A stretch of DNA of 64,000 nt from a virus (IMGVR_UViG_3300014911_000002:25380-89379), one strand, 5' to 3'. Shown: positions 47,231-57,227, counted from the stretch's first letter. Notes: generated by a model from the letters alone, not told the origin. Numbers and translations are program-made.

Positions 47231-49938
47231 TGCCGTTGAAAATTAATGTTTTAGGTGGCTGGGCATCATATAATCTTCCGAAAAAGTATGGGAAGCATTT
47301 CTCCCTTCTCTTAGATACTGGGAAGCATAAAATATGGATAGATCCTGCGGTATCGCTCAAAGAGGATGTTGATGCAATTATAGTAACCCAATCTGATGAG
47401 GATCATTATATTAAGCTCGATTCATACTTAGAAAAACATCCTGATGTTCCTGTCTATTCAACTAGGGCTGTTATTAATAAGATTAACATTTCCCATCGGA
47501 AAAATCTGAAGGCTGTAAGAAAGCCACTTAAATTTGATGGGCTTGAAATTATCTTTATGGCCGTCCCGCATAAGGTTAATGTCCCTGCGGTCGCCTTGAA
47601 AATACGATATAGAGGTCATGTCATAGGCATAGTTCCAGAATTTAATTTTCTTGGCGAACAAGAAATCGAATATCTCAAGAATGCTGTATTGATTGCTGGA
47701 GTTGGCGAATATGAAAAAAGGAAGCCAAATGATACAAAAGCTACATTTAAAGAACTAATTGAATATGCTAACGGGGAGTTATCCCCTAAGAGGTTGTATT
47801 TAACAAATCTTAGAAAAGCCACATTCGACAAGCACAAGAGAGATATTTTAAAAGAATTGAAGAAATTTAACGGCGGAATTCTCCTTGATGGTGCCAGTTT
47901 GACCTTTAATGGGGATGAGGTTAAAACTGAAGGTCTATATCTCATTTCACCACATGCTACTCTAATCTACGAAGGCTTAAAAACAATGATTCTCAAGAGT
48001 AGGAAATTCGATATGGCTGGAAAGAAATTCATTCTTTGTGATGACACATATGCATACGGGACAATTGAGCTGAATGAGCCTGAAGAAATCAATGAAGCAC
48101 AATTCGAGGAATATGCTGATGAACATCTAGTCACGAAAGAAGAGATGAAGAAATGGGGTTGGAATTTCCCCTTGTATGCATATCGAATAAAGGCCTTTAT
48201 ACCGTACGAGGAGCCTATAGAGCTTTCACTTCCCAAAGGCATCCAAACCTTCGTTCGAGATGTGGAACAATATTTCGAGAAACTTCATTTACAAGAATTT
48301 AGAAGCACCGGAGTTGATTATGATATTAGGCATATAAATGAACGGTGGAGAGAAGCAATAGCGGATCTGAGGTATTTGGGCAATAGTGGATATCCTCGCC
48401 TCAAGCGTGGTGAGAAATGGGGTGATTGGACTCTTGAGGATGTTCTAAAATACTTTGCAAAACTTGTAGATGCATTGAGATCTGTGCACTTCCCAATCAT
48501 TCCGCCGTACAACGAGAAACTTTATCGTGAGTATACAGGAAAGGACCCCAAAAAAGCGAAAAAATCTTCATATTGGAAATGCTATCGTGAGGCTGAAAAA
48601 TACATGAAATCTAAACCACCAAAGGATATTGCAGAGGCGAAGGAGTGGGATAAGAAACGAAGGCAGAAGATTTCTTTGAGGAAGAAAGCAAGAAGTCTTA
48701 AAATTGGTTATTACTCAGAAGCAAAGCCATATTACAGAGGCTATTTCCAGGAGCTTGCTGATGAATTAAAAGCGATAGGCTGGGATGAAGAAAAACTTCT
48801 TGTCGATTGTAAATGGGATGGCCTGCGGATGACAATTGGCAAGGTTAATGGGAAAGGTTTTGCATACGTTGACCCCGAGGATGTCAAGGAAAAGAATCCG
48901 AATGTATCGAATCGGATACCTGCAATAATAAAGGAGATTGAAGAAAACTTTCCTGACGATACGGTTCTTGACGGTGAATTTCTTGCCATCCATCCCAATG
49001 GAAAAGAGATGCTTCACAGAACCGTAGCAAATTCTCTTTTAAACTCTAAGGCTTCTGGTGAAGAATTGGAGCGTTATGCAATCATTGTTGCCTTTGATGT
49101 TATATTCTACGATGGCCTCGATTTGCGTGATCAACCACTTCTTGAAAGACTTGAATATCTTTCTAGACTTAAGCCAACTAAGCACATTTGGATTGAACGA
49201 ATTTCCACCTCTCTTGACAAGAAGGCAGATGGATATATTTGCAACGGCAGCGATATCGATTGCATAATGAAGGCTGCAGATATCATAGCTAGTGGAAAGA
49301 ATGGGAGACCGAAATTCTGTGCTGAAGGGGTCATGCTAAAACGCTTGGACGGACCATACGAATATCCGCAGAATCATTACTGGATGAAAGTGAAATTCTA
49401 TCATGAGCTTGATTTGCGGGTTATTAACAAAAAATTAGTCAAAGGTTCCAAGGACGTTTATAATTATTATCTCGGGTATGATACACCAAGGGAGTATGCC
49501 GAAGCGTACCTTAGTATGACAACAAAAGACTGGTATGGTAAAGTTCATTGCTTCAAGAATGGCAAAGTTATAGCCGCTGGAAAGGATTGCAAGAAATTTT
49601 TAAACGATAATAATGTACTGTTTGTAACATTAATGGGCAAAACAGATAATCATAAGGAGGTATTGCCAATCAAGATTGGTGATATCATTCGAATTGCAGC
49701 AGAAGAGGTTTTGAAATTTGAGAACCCTAAATTTCCAGAATATCCAAGATACTCATTCTATATCGGTAGAGTATTAGAGCCCATACCAGAAAAAGACATC
49801 ACCGACTCTCTTGAGACCATTGATAAACTTTCTTCTTTTGAGCCACAAAGAATACCAATTGAAGAACTTCAACATATTACACAAGATATTGCCAAGATGG
49901 GTGATGTATATGTTAGGATTATCAGATTCCATCAATGA
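47230..49938 (+). CDS. Multidomain protein: MBL-fold + ASCH-like + ATP-dependent polynucleotide ligase
   Basis: MBL-like LGG..IWIDP..TQSDEDH..VPH; ASCH-like GLYLISPHATLIYEGLKT; ligase motifs DCKWDGLR (KxDG), LDGEF, AFDVIF, EGVMLK, WMKVK. Confidence 0.8.
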   Translation: MPLKINVLGGWASYNLPKKYGKHFSLLLDTGKHKIWIDPAVSLKEDVDAIIVTQSDEDHYIKLDSYLEKHPDVPVYSTRAVINKINISHRKNLKAVRKPLKFDGLEIIFMAVPHKVNVPAVALKIRYRGHVIGIVPEFNFLGEQEIEYLKNAVLIAGVGEYEKRKPNDTKATFKELIEYANGELSPKRLYLTNLRKATFDKHKRDILKELKKFNGGILLDGASLTFNGDEVKTEGLYLISPHATLIYEGLKTMILKSRKFDMAGKKFILCDDTYAYGTIELNEPEEINEAQFEEYADEHLVTKEEMKKWGWNFPLYAYRIKAFIPYEEPIELSLPKGIQTFVRDVEQYFEKLHLQEFRSTGVDYDIRHINERWREAIADLRYLGNSGYPRLKRGEKWGDWTLEDVLKYFAKLVDALRSVHFPIIPPYNEKLYREYTGKDPKKAKKSSYWKCYREAEKYMKSKPPKDIAEAKEWDKKRRQKISLRKKARSLKIGYYSEAKPYYRGYFQELADELKAIGWDEEKLLVDCKWDGLRMTIGKVNGKGFAYVDPEDVKEKNPNVSNRIPAIIKEIEENFPDDTVLDGEFLAIHPNGKEMLHRTVANSLLNSKASGEELERYAIIVAFDVIFYDGLDLRDQPLLERLEYLSRLKPTKHIWIERISTSLDKKADGYICNGSDIDCIMKAADIIASGKNGRPKFCAEGVMLKRLDGPYEYPQNHYWMKVKFYHELDLRVINKKLVKGSKDVYNYYLGYDTPREYAEAYLSMTTKDWYGKVHCFKNGKVIAAGKDCKKFLNDNNVLFVTLMGKTDNHKEVLPIKIGDIIRIAAEEVLKFENPKFPEYPRYSFYIGRVLEPIPEKDITDSLETIDKLSSFEPQRIPIEELQHITQDIAKMGDVYVRIIRFHQ

Positions 49939-50942
49939 AGGTATTAATTGAATACCAGGACGGAACAGTTGATTTTGTGGATGATAACAAGCTCGAAAAG
50001 CTTACCCTCCTTGAATACACTGAACTTTATCACTCGAAAAGCTTACCACAAACTTGGCAACGGATATTGAAAGACAAGGCTGTGACAAAGAAAGATATTT
50101 GCGAATGGTTGAAATTGAAACATATTCCCGAGGACATTTTTGAGCAGCTCAGAATGAAGTTGCAGCCATTGCCAAAAATCTTCTACGTTGATTATGATGA
50201 AGGTATAGCTTGGGCTCAAATGCATATTAGAGGATTAAATCCAGATGACACGAAAAAATATCAGGAAGGCAAACTTTCATTTGCCAAACTTATCGAAAAC
50301 CATAGTATTCACATAGATTTGCGTATGAAGTTTAAAAAGGCTTTCGTCCAATGGGTTATAACTCAAGACCATATACCAGATTATTTCGATACTATAATAG
50401 GTAGAGTAGATAAAAAGACTGGTAATGCAAGTAAAGGTCTTGCGATAGTAAAGCCATCTGCTGAAGAGCCATCTCGGGAAGTTAAAAGTAAAGATAAGGA
50501 GCTAATAATAGGTCCTGAAGATGCAAAACTAATTGAAAAGTATGTTCTCTTTGATAAATCATACATTATTCCAGCAGGAGACGTTGGTGCGAGTCCTTAC
50601 AAGGACGCATATATGTGCGCAATATGGATTGGTAAAGTTAAGGCGGGAGTGCAAAGGCCAGACTTGCATGAATATTTCCTCTATCCAGGATCTGATATGC
50701 CAAAACGAAATCAAGAATTATTCAACGGTCGGTTTATAATCCGGTGCTTTAAGGCTGGTAGCGATAAACGCTGGTGGGTTTGGAAAGCATATAATGATCC
50801 TTATCCTATGGATTCCATACTTCACGCGGATTGTGGGTATTATTATCCTATCAAGGCGGAGAAGTTAGAGAAGTTTGGAAGGGAAGCATATAGGGAAATG
50901 TCTGTTAAGAAGTTTTCAAAGAAACTATCATGTGGAACATGA
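49935..50942 (+). CDS. LigD-type 3'-phosphoesterase (PE)-like protein
   Basis: AQMH...SIHIDLRM...QWVI and IWIG...HEYFL...FNGRFIIR...WWVWK match the PE pattern Q.H...HYDLRL...W and G...L.GR....W. Confidence 0.6.
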   Translation: MKVLIEYQDGTVDFVDDNKLEKLTLLEYTELYHSKSLPQTWQRILKDKAVTKKDICEWLKLKHIPEDIFEQLRMKLQPLPKIFYVDYDEGIAWAQMHIRGLNPDDTKKYQEGKLSFAKLIENHSIHIDLRMKFKKAFVQWVITQDHIPDYFDTIIGRVDKKTGNASKGLAIVKPSAEEPSREVKSKDKELIIGPEDAKLIEKYVLFDKSYIIPAGDVGASPYKDAYMCAIWIGKVKAGVQRPDLHEYFLYPGSDMPKRNQELFNGRFIIRCFKAGSDKRWWVWKAYNDPYPMDSILHADCGYYYPIKAEKLEKFGREAYREMSVKKFSKKLSCGT

Positions 50943-51016
50943 ACGGAGTCGGGAAAGCAATAGAAGAGCTCAAAGTTTTGTATTTTAAGATTCTTAAAGA
51001 GTTGGAATAAATAGTT

Positions 51017-51307
51017 ATGACTCTCGAAGAGAATTTCCGAGAGTTTTATGGTAGAGTCATTGCTACTCTGGAATCAATCAACAAGAACGAGGATGAGCTT
51101 GCGGAGAGGATTAGAATTCTTGAAAAAAAGATCGATAAAAAGACCGATGAAATATGGTCGGCTGTAAATTCTATTAGAAATACTTCTATTAAGGATATTG
51201 CGACAGACATTTCTGCCCTTAAAATGAAGATTTCCATTCTTTATTGGCTGTTTGGAATTATGTTCACTTTCCTGTTGGGTATCTTGGGGAAAATATTGCT
51301 CGGCTGA
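51017..51307 (+). CDS. Coiled-coil protein with C-terminal TM (holin/XhlA-like)
   Basis: Heptads then ILYWLFGIMFTFLLGILGKILLG. Confidence 0.6.
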   Translation: MTLEENFREFYGRVIATLESINKNEDELAERIRILEKKIDKKTDEIWSAVNSIRNTSIKDIATDISALKMKISILYWLFGIMFTFLLGILGKILLG

Positions 51308-51309
51308 TT

Positions 51310-53073
51310 ATGGATTTAGAGAAAATTAAAATGTTAACTAAGAAGGGAGAGCTTGAATACGCTCCGATTCCTCCCTCCGGAAGAGGTACGAACGATAAAA
51401 AACTAAAATTAAAAGACATTCTCCCGAAATTGAAACCATTTTCTGTGAGAAAGCCCGTTGCATATATAGTTGGTTCGCTTGCTGTCCATGGTGAGAGTGA
51501 TAATGATATAGATATAGTCGTTAGGGGCGAAGATTGGTCTGATGAGCAGAAAACCGCTTTTGACTTTAGAATCTTTCGAATGTTTGCCGATATACTTGGC
51601 GTTCCCTATGACGATGTTCCGAAATACGTTTCAATTCATTATTCGAATGAAGGCCCCTTTACATCCTATGTCCCAATATATGAAGAAACGTTTCTTCCAA
51701 TAGAAAATCCCCAGATTATTCATATGTCGAAGTCAAAATCATCTGAAGTTTCATTTAATATTAGAGGGAATTTTGACGTATTCTCCAATGGAAAACAAAA
51801 ATCAAGACGCATAATTGCTGGTTATGCTTCTGTCGCTGTAGTGGACAAAGATAATGAACTTATACCAGTAGATGTGCTTCGTGATGCCATCAAAACACTT
51901 CTCAATGACGAATTTTACGCAAATGTAATGCTAAAGCATAGGAATATCCAAATTGGACGTATCCTCAAGGAATATAACGGTTTGAAAACTCATGTTGATG
52001 ATAAGGGTTTATTTATTGTTGCTGAGATTCGTGACGATTTGAAAATTGCTGACAAAGTTTGGGAGGATATTCTTGCTGGAAAGCTAAATTCATTCTCCAT
52101 CGCTGGTGAAGCGCTATTAAGTCATCGAGAGTGTGATGATACTAAATGCTACACTGTTGTGGATAAGATAAATCTCTATGAAGTTTCGATATGCGAAGCT
52201 CCTGCAAACCCGCTTTCAGGCTTTATAGTTATATCCAAATCAGATGATGTATGTGGATGTTCGAAGGAATGCGATAAAATGGCTGAAGAGATTTTGGAAG
52301 ATAATGTATTAAAGAACGACGAGGAGACAGGGGAAGAGCCTACAGAAGAGACGACCGAGGAAGCGAAATCTGAAGATAACTCGGAATTTGAGGCATGGAA
52401 AGAAGCAATAGAGCGCAAGCTTGAAAGTCTCACAAAAATAGTCTCCGAGCTAGCAAACAAGCAAGACGAAGATAACGACGAAGATGATGAGGAAGAAAAA
52501 GCCGAGAAGTCAGAGGAGACTCCCGAAGAAACAGACACTAAAGACGAAGAGAAAGAAAAGGAAGAGAAAGCTGGTGGGCTAATTGCTGCAATCAAAGATA
52601 TGTTAGCTCAGATAATAGCAGATACAAAGAATAAAGAAATAAAAGAGAAATTAAATGCACTCATGTCATTGGTAGAGAATCTAAGAGGCAAAGGATATCC
52701 ATATCCCTATCCAATGCCGAGTAATTATCCCTATCCATCGAAATACCCTTATCCATCGAAATATCCATACCCAACAAAATATCCATATCCAGCGAAGAGT
52801 GAAGATTGGCATAAGATGGTAGTTGATGCAATTGATGATCTGTGGGAGAAATATTCTGCATTGAAATCAGAGAGCGATATGGCTAAGGAGATAGAAGAGT
52901 TGAAACTAGAGATAAAAGCCAAGGATGACCAGATTAAAGCATTTCAGAAAAGATTGGAAATACTTGAGAAGTCAGAAAAGCCTCCAGAGACTATAAATCC
53001 AGATGAGGAGATCTCAGACGAAGAGGAAGTTAGTGACATAGTTATTAGTCACGGTGTTATTTACAAGAAATAG
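51310..53073 (+). CDS. Nucleotidyltransferase + HK97-type prohead protease + scaffold fusion
   Basis: YIVGSLA...DNDIDIVV (Pol-beta/MNT); IAGYAS..D..H..IG..GLFI..FSIAG..EVSI...PANP protease; acidic/coiled-coil tail. Confidence 0.85.
   Translation: MDLEKIKMLTKKGELEYAPIPPSGRGTNDKKLKLKDILPKLKPFSVRKPVAYIVGSLAVHGESDNDIDIVVRGEDWSDEQKTAFDFRIFRMFADILGVPYDDVPKYVSIHYSNEGPFTSYVPIYEETFLPIENPQIIHMSKSKSSEVSFNIRGNFDVFSNGKQKSRRIIAGYASVAVVDKDNELIPVDVLRDAIKTLLNDEFYANVMLKHRNIQIGRILKEYNGLKTHVDDKGLFIVAEIRDDLKIADKVWEDILAGKLNSFSIAGEALLSHRECDDTKCYTVVDKINLYEVSICEAPANPLSGFIVISKSDDVCGCSKECDKMAEEILEDNVLKNDEETGEEPTEETTEEAKSEDNSEFEAWKEAIERKLESLTKIVSELANKQDEDNDEDDEEEKAEKSEETPEETDTKDEEKEKEEKAGGLIAAIKDMLAQIIADTKNKEIKEKLNALMSLVENLRGKGYPYPYPMPSNYPYPSKYPYPSKYPYPTKYPYPAKSEDWHKMVVDAIDDLWEKYSALKSESDMAKEIEELKLEIKAKDDQIKAFQKRLEILEKSEKPPETINPDEEISDEEEVSDIVISHGVIYKK
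52696..52796 (+). repeat. Coding ~18-bp tandem repeat (YPYPxK) in scaffold domain
   Basis: YPYPYPMPSNYPYPSKYPYPSKYPYPTKYPYPAK. Confidence 0.9.
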
Positions 53074-53138
53074 TCAGTTTCCTCTATGTTCCCATAATAT
53101 GTTTTCGTGTTCAAAGTTAGAATAGGTGATAGCGGAAC

Positions 53139-53519
53139 ATGGCCTTTATAACAATAGAAGATGATATAGGGATTCAGCTTGGGACATTCGCATACAATTT
53201 CAAGGCATCTGGCAACATCTTGAAAGGGCAAGCCGTAAGGATGATAGCTGACGGTGCTGTTACTCCCGTATCCGCTTCTTCTCAAACAGCGATAGGTGTT
53301 GCTGATTATGATGCAAGCCACGGCACTATGGTTGCCATATATTGCGGAGGTAATATAGTAAGATGCGGCTTGTCCGGTTCGTCTGCACCAAGTGTTGGTG
53401 ACCAAGTTGGTGCATTCAAAGATGGTTATCTTTCGCACGAGACCGGAGGAAGGATCTGCGGAATAGTTGTAGAGGCACCATCTTCAAATCCAGGAGTAGG
53501 AAAGGTGCTTCTCATTTAA
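53139..53519 (+). CDS. Capsid decoration/cement protein (DUF2190-like)
   Basis: A..I.KGQAV...AIGVA...GDQV; immediately before the major capsid gene. Confidence 0.65.
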   Translation: MAFITIEDDIGIQLGTFAYNFKASGNILKGQAVRMIADGAVTPVSASSQTAIGVADYDASHGTMVAIYCGGNIVRCGLSGSSAPSVGDQVGAFKDGYLSHETGGRICGIVVEAPSSNPGVGKVLLI

Positions 53520-53572
53520 GTTCATTAAGTTACGTATGTCTGTTTAATGTTTTGAAATTCTAAGTGGTGTAG

Positions 53573-54550
53573 ATGAGTAAGCTTACAAGACTACTCCAGC
53601 TTGCATATGCAGGCAACAGCGAGAGAACCAAACTGCTGAATGATCCCCACGTGATTCACGATCTTGGAGGTAAAAACTCCAAGACCTATAAGACTCTCCT
53701 TCAGTCTAATGCAATAAACGAGACCACATTGCTGCAAGAAGAAGTCTGGAAGACAGTAGTTGAAGGTGCCGAGCCTTTCAAGTGCTTTAGAGATGTTTTG
53801 CCAATCATCAATACTGATTCTTATTCAGTGAGAGTTGTAACTGGTGAATCTGGCGCATATGCCCAGGATATAGCTGAAGGTGCTGAAATACCGATAGATA
53901 CATCATCCTTCTCAAAGACAGATATTACAATAAAGAAGATTGGAACCAGACCACTGATAACAAACGAACTCATAGAGGATGCATTATTCGATGTAGTCGA
54001 GTTGGAGCTTAAAAAGGCTGGTGCAAGACTGGAAAACAAGTTAAACAGAGACTGTTTGCAAGCCATATTATCAGGTATGGATGGCATAACCGATGTGGAC
54101 CCCGCAGGCACAAATCTGGCCGTATCCGATTTGGCCACAGCAAGAGCCTTAGTGGAGGCAGAGGGAAGAATGCCTGACACTTTGATAACTCATCCTATCG
54201 CCGAGGGTCAGCTATTAAAAGACTCCAATTTAGTCTATGTCGCATATGCCGGTCAGGGCAGAACCCTTGAAACAGGCGAGTTGCCAAGAATACTTGGTCT
54301 GAAGCCATACACACTTTCCGTAACAGTCGAAGATGGATTTACATATTATTGGGATGGCACGGACGCTGCAAACCACTATTATGCTTTGGTCCTCGACTCC
54401 AAGAACACTGCTTACATAGCGATGAGAAGAGACATAACAATCGAAAGGTATGACGACCCAATTCACGATCTACTTGGAATATCTTGTACAATGAGATATG
54501 GTGTTGCGGTAGTTGACGATAAGGCTGGAGTAAGAATTCTGGCAAAGTAA
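53573..54550 (+). CDS. Major capsid protein (HK97 fold)
   Basis: IAEGAEIP, KKIG....ITNELIED, PDTLITHP, ILGL, RYG..V. Confidence 0.92.
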   Translation: MSKLTRLLQLAYAGNSERTKLLNDPHVIHDLGGKNSKTYKTLLQSNAINETTLLQEEVWKTVVEGAEPFKCFRDVLPIINTDSYSVRVVTGESGAYAQDIAEGAEIPIDTSSFSKTDITIKKIGTRPLITNELIEDALFDVVELELKKAGARLENKLNRDCLQAILSGMDGITDVDPAGTNLAVSDLATARALVEAEGRMPDTLITHPIAEGQLLKDSNLVYVAYAGQGRTLETGELPRILGLKPYTLSVTVEDGFTYYWDGTDAANHYYALVLDSKNTAYIAMRRDITIERYDDPIHDLLGISCTMRYGVAVVDDKAGVRILAK

Positions 54551-54626
54551 TAGGCTGAACATTTCCCAAAACAACCATATGTGCTATGTTTTTATGTATG
54601 TTTTATTTCGATAATCTATACATTCT

Positions 54627-54866
54627 ATGCTCTCTGGAAAAGGATCTCAAGCCTGGATGACCAAAACCTTTGAGGAACGTAGGCGAAAAGCACTCAAAAA
54701 CAGATATCCATTTTCAGATGAAGAGTTGATTGATCTCGAAATAGAATTTGGAGAGGGAGGAGGGCGCACGAATCCAAATACCTTTAAAATCCGTCAATTC
54801 CCATTTCCGACAAAAGGCAAACGTGATGTTATTGATATTCGAGATCTTCCTTGGATAGGGGATTAA
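54627..54866 (+). CDS. Hypothetical virion-cluster protein
   Basis: 79 aa between capsid and adaptor genes. Confidence 0.55.
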   Translation: MLSGKGSQAWMTKTFEERRRKALKNRYPFSDEELIDLEIEFGEGGGRTNPNTFKIRQFPFPTKGKRDVIDIRDLPWIGD

Positions 54867-54867
54867 T

Positions 54868-55290
54868 ATGGTTGATTATACCCCCAGATTCGTATCGGAA
54901 GCTGATGTAAGAGGATTCTTCACTCCTCCCATTCCATACGATAAAGTTTCTAAGGCTGAGATTCTTCTCAAGATTCAAGCCGTTGAAGAATTTATAATCA
55001 ACTCCTACTTTGGAGGGAAAATCCCACCTGCCGAAAAAGTTAGAGTTCCCGTATTATTGTTAGTTGCTTCAAGGCTAATTTACTCACCGCAATTAGCTAA
55101 AGATTATTATACGATCAACTCCGAAAAATTGGGTGATTACTCCTATAGACTTGCACTTCCGACTGCAAGGACACCCCGTGGTGGGCGAAATTCACCATAT
55201 GAACTCGCGAAGAGCTGGGAGCAAATGGCATTCGATATCTTGAATTCGATCACTCCAATTTGGAATATTAAACTTGCAAATGAGTTATAG
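54868..55290 (+). CDS. Head-tail adaptor
   Basis: SEKLGDYSY motif; position after capsid gene. Confidence 0.7.
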   Translation: MVDYTPRFVSEADVRGFFTPPIPYDKVSKAEILLKIQAVEEFIINSYFGGKIPPAEKVRVPVLLLVASRLIYSPQLAKDYYTINSEKLGDYSYRLALPTARTPRGGRNSPYELAKSWEQMAFDILNSITPIWNIKLANEL

Positions 55291-55513
55291 GCCATCTGAA
55301 TTATATCCACCAAATTGGAATGCTCTTAGATTCTATATCTTCAAGCGGGATGGATATAGATGTCAAATCTGTGGTCGGTACACGTCCAGGCCACATTGCC
55401 ATCATATTATTCCTGTAAGATGCGGAGGAAGTCACCATCCTTCAAATCTTATAACAGTTTGTGAAGAATGTCATGCTAGGATACATAAAATATGTCCTTC
55501 GAAACGCTATTAA
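55280..55513 (+). CDS. HNH endonuclease (HK97 gp74-like)
   Basis: RDGYRCQICG..HCHHIIP..GGSH..SNLITVCEECHARIH. Confidence 0.9.
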   Translation: MSYRPSELYPPNWNALRFYIFKRDGYRCQICGRYTSRPHCHHIIPVRCGGSHHPSNLITVCEECHARIHKICPSKRY

Positions 55514-55812
55514 ACGAGGAAGTTGTGATATTGGAGAGACATGATACGGTTAATGAGCTTGGTGAAAGAGTGTACGCTTGGACATCTGGTTCAAGCTTTA
55601 AATGTAGATTGGTTCCTCTCTCTGTTGAAGAACGTCTTGCTCTTCCTGGCGAATATCGTGATGCAAATTATAAGGCTTATTTCCTCTCTTCTGCATCCAT
55701 AACAGAGGCCGATAGGATAAAGTGGAATGATTCTCTCTTCAATGTTGTAGCTGTTTATACCGATTCGTCGCATCATCATAAGACGGTGATTCTTCGTGAG
55801 GCTGAGAGTTAA
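55492..55812 (+). CDS. Head closure protein (SPP1 gp16-like)
   Basis: NELGE...W; ITEADRI...FNVVAV...HH. Confidence 0.7.
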   Translation: MSFETLLNEEVVILERHDTVNELGERVYAWTSGSSFKCRLVPLSVEERLALPGEYRDANYKAYFLSSASITEADRIKWNDSLFNVVAVYTDSSHHHKTVILREAES

Positions 55813-56338
55813 GTTTGTTGGGTTCAATACCGTTTATGCGCGTTCAAAACGCCTAGTTAGTGCTATTCGAACCGGGAGCACTTATGCTGCTATGGATGCT
55901 GCAAATATACTTGGTGAGAGAGCCATTTCAATTCTTCGTTCAAAGGCACGTGCTTATGGTGCGTCTACAGATCCTATAGAGCAGTCGAAACAAATAGATA
56001 TTGAGCCAAAAAAGACTAGGTCGGTTGCAACCCTTAGATTTACTTCGAAACACGCAGCGATAGTTGAATTTGGCGCACCTGGCTGGTTTATACTTTCCTA
56101 TGCGCCAGTGAAGATGTATTTTGGTGGGGCCATAGCCCATAGGCGTGGTGGTATATACCGAGGATGGCCAATAGGAAAAGAACAAGGAGCAATAGTTGCA
56201 TTTCGTTCGAAGGTTCCTCTTCAAGCAGGCTACCATTATCTTTCGAACGCGATAAATGATACTGTAACTCGCAGAAATATGCGAGACGCCATAAGAGGAA
56301 CTATGTGGAAATTTATCTCGCTTATGATGCCGGATTAA
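55796..56338 (+). CDS. Neck/tail-completion protein (HK97 gp10-like)
   Basis: HAAIVEFG...YLSNA; position. Confidence 0.65.
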   Translation: MRLRVKFVGFNTVYARSKRLVSAIRTGSTYAAMDAANILGERAISILRSKARAYGASTDPIEQSKQIDIEPKKTRSVATLRFTSKHAAIVEFGAPGWFILSYAPVKMYFGGAIAHRRGGIYRGWPIGKEQGAIVAFRSKVPLQAGYHYLSNAINDTVTRRNMRDAIRGTMWKFISLMMPD

Positions 56339-56339
56339 T

Positions 56340-56744
56340 ATGTCTCTCGAAGCTGATATTGAACTCAGGAATCTTCTTATATCTGATGATGAGCTCACTT
56401 CCAAGGTAAAACCCGAAAATATTATTGTTGGCTGGACCAAAGCGCCTACAGAATATCCTTGCATAGTTATTGTTCAGACGGGTGGAGAAGACATTGGTAT
56501 GCTTGGTTACGGTACAGCTGCTGAAGGGTCTAAACCATGGAGAGAGCGAATAACTTGGCAAATAAATATTTATTCAACAAATTCCCGAAAGGAAACTCTT
56601 GAGATTGCAGACAGAATCCGAGAAATTCTTTTTGCCTCAGATGGAGTTTATTGGAAGACTTCTGATGTTGATACTTATGAGGCTAATTTACATGCATACC
56701 GTAAGATAATTACATGGACACGTATTAGGCTCGATAATGATTAG
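56340..56744 (+). CDS. Tail terminator protein
   Basis: YPCIVI, QINIYS...EIADRIREIL. Confidence 0.7.
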   Translation: MSLEADIELRNLLISDDELTSKVKPENIIVGWTKAPTEYPCIVIVQTGGEDIGMLGYGTAAEGSKPWRERITWQINIYSTNSRKETLEIADRIREILFASDGVYWKTSDVDTYEANLHAYRKIITWTRIRLDND

Positions 56745-56779
56745 TGTATGTAAATGTGGTGGAGTAGGTAGATAAAGAT

Positions 56780-57226
56780 ATGGCCGGAATAGTAAGCGGA
56801 AAAGATGCGAAGATCTTTATTGCAACAAACGCAGCGGATTTATCTGCAAAAGGCCAAGCAGTGTGGGGTATATCTGATTTTTCTTTAACATTTTCTAGGG
56901 ATACTGTTGAGCAAGAATTAGTTGGAATGCCCGGGAACTATTACAGAATAGGTTCCTTATCCATAGAGGGCTCCTATACAAACTGCAAATTTGCTGCTTC
57001 TGGTTCAGCAGATTCATTGAAGAGCATAATTGAATCAACTTATGTGCAAATCTCTGGTGCTGTTGCAGATGGTTCCCTTAGATGGTATTTCGTTTCTTGC
57101 CAGATAACCGGATATGACATTTCAATCGGAGATGCTGATACTATAACCGAAGCATCCATAGATTTCACGGTAATGGACCCATATAATGTAACCTACTCCA
57201 ATGGATATATAACGGATATAACGTAA
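56780..57226 (+). CDS. Tail tube protein 1
   Basis: SGKDAKI..DFSLTFSRD..SIEGS..ITEASIDF; follows tail terminator. Confidence 0.7.
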   Translation: MAGIVSGKDAKIFIATNAADLSAKGQAVWGISDFSLTFSRDTVEQELVGMPGNYYRIGSLSIEGSYTNCKFAASGSADSLKSIIESTYVQISGAVADGSLRWYFVSCQITGYDISIGDADTITEASIDFTVMDPYNVTYSNGYITDIT

Positions 57227-57227
57227 T

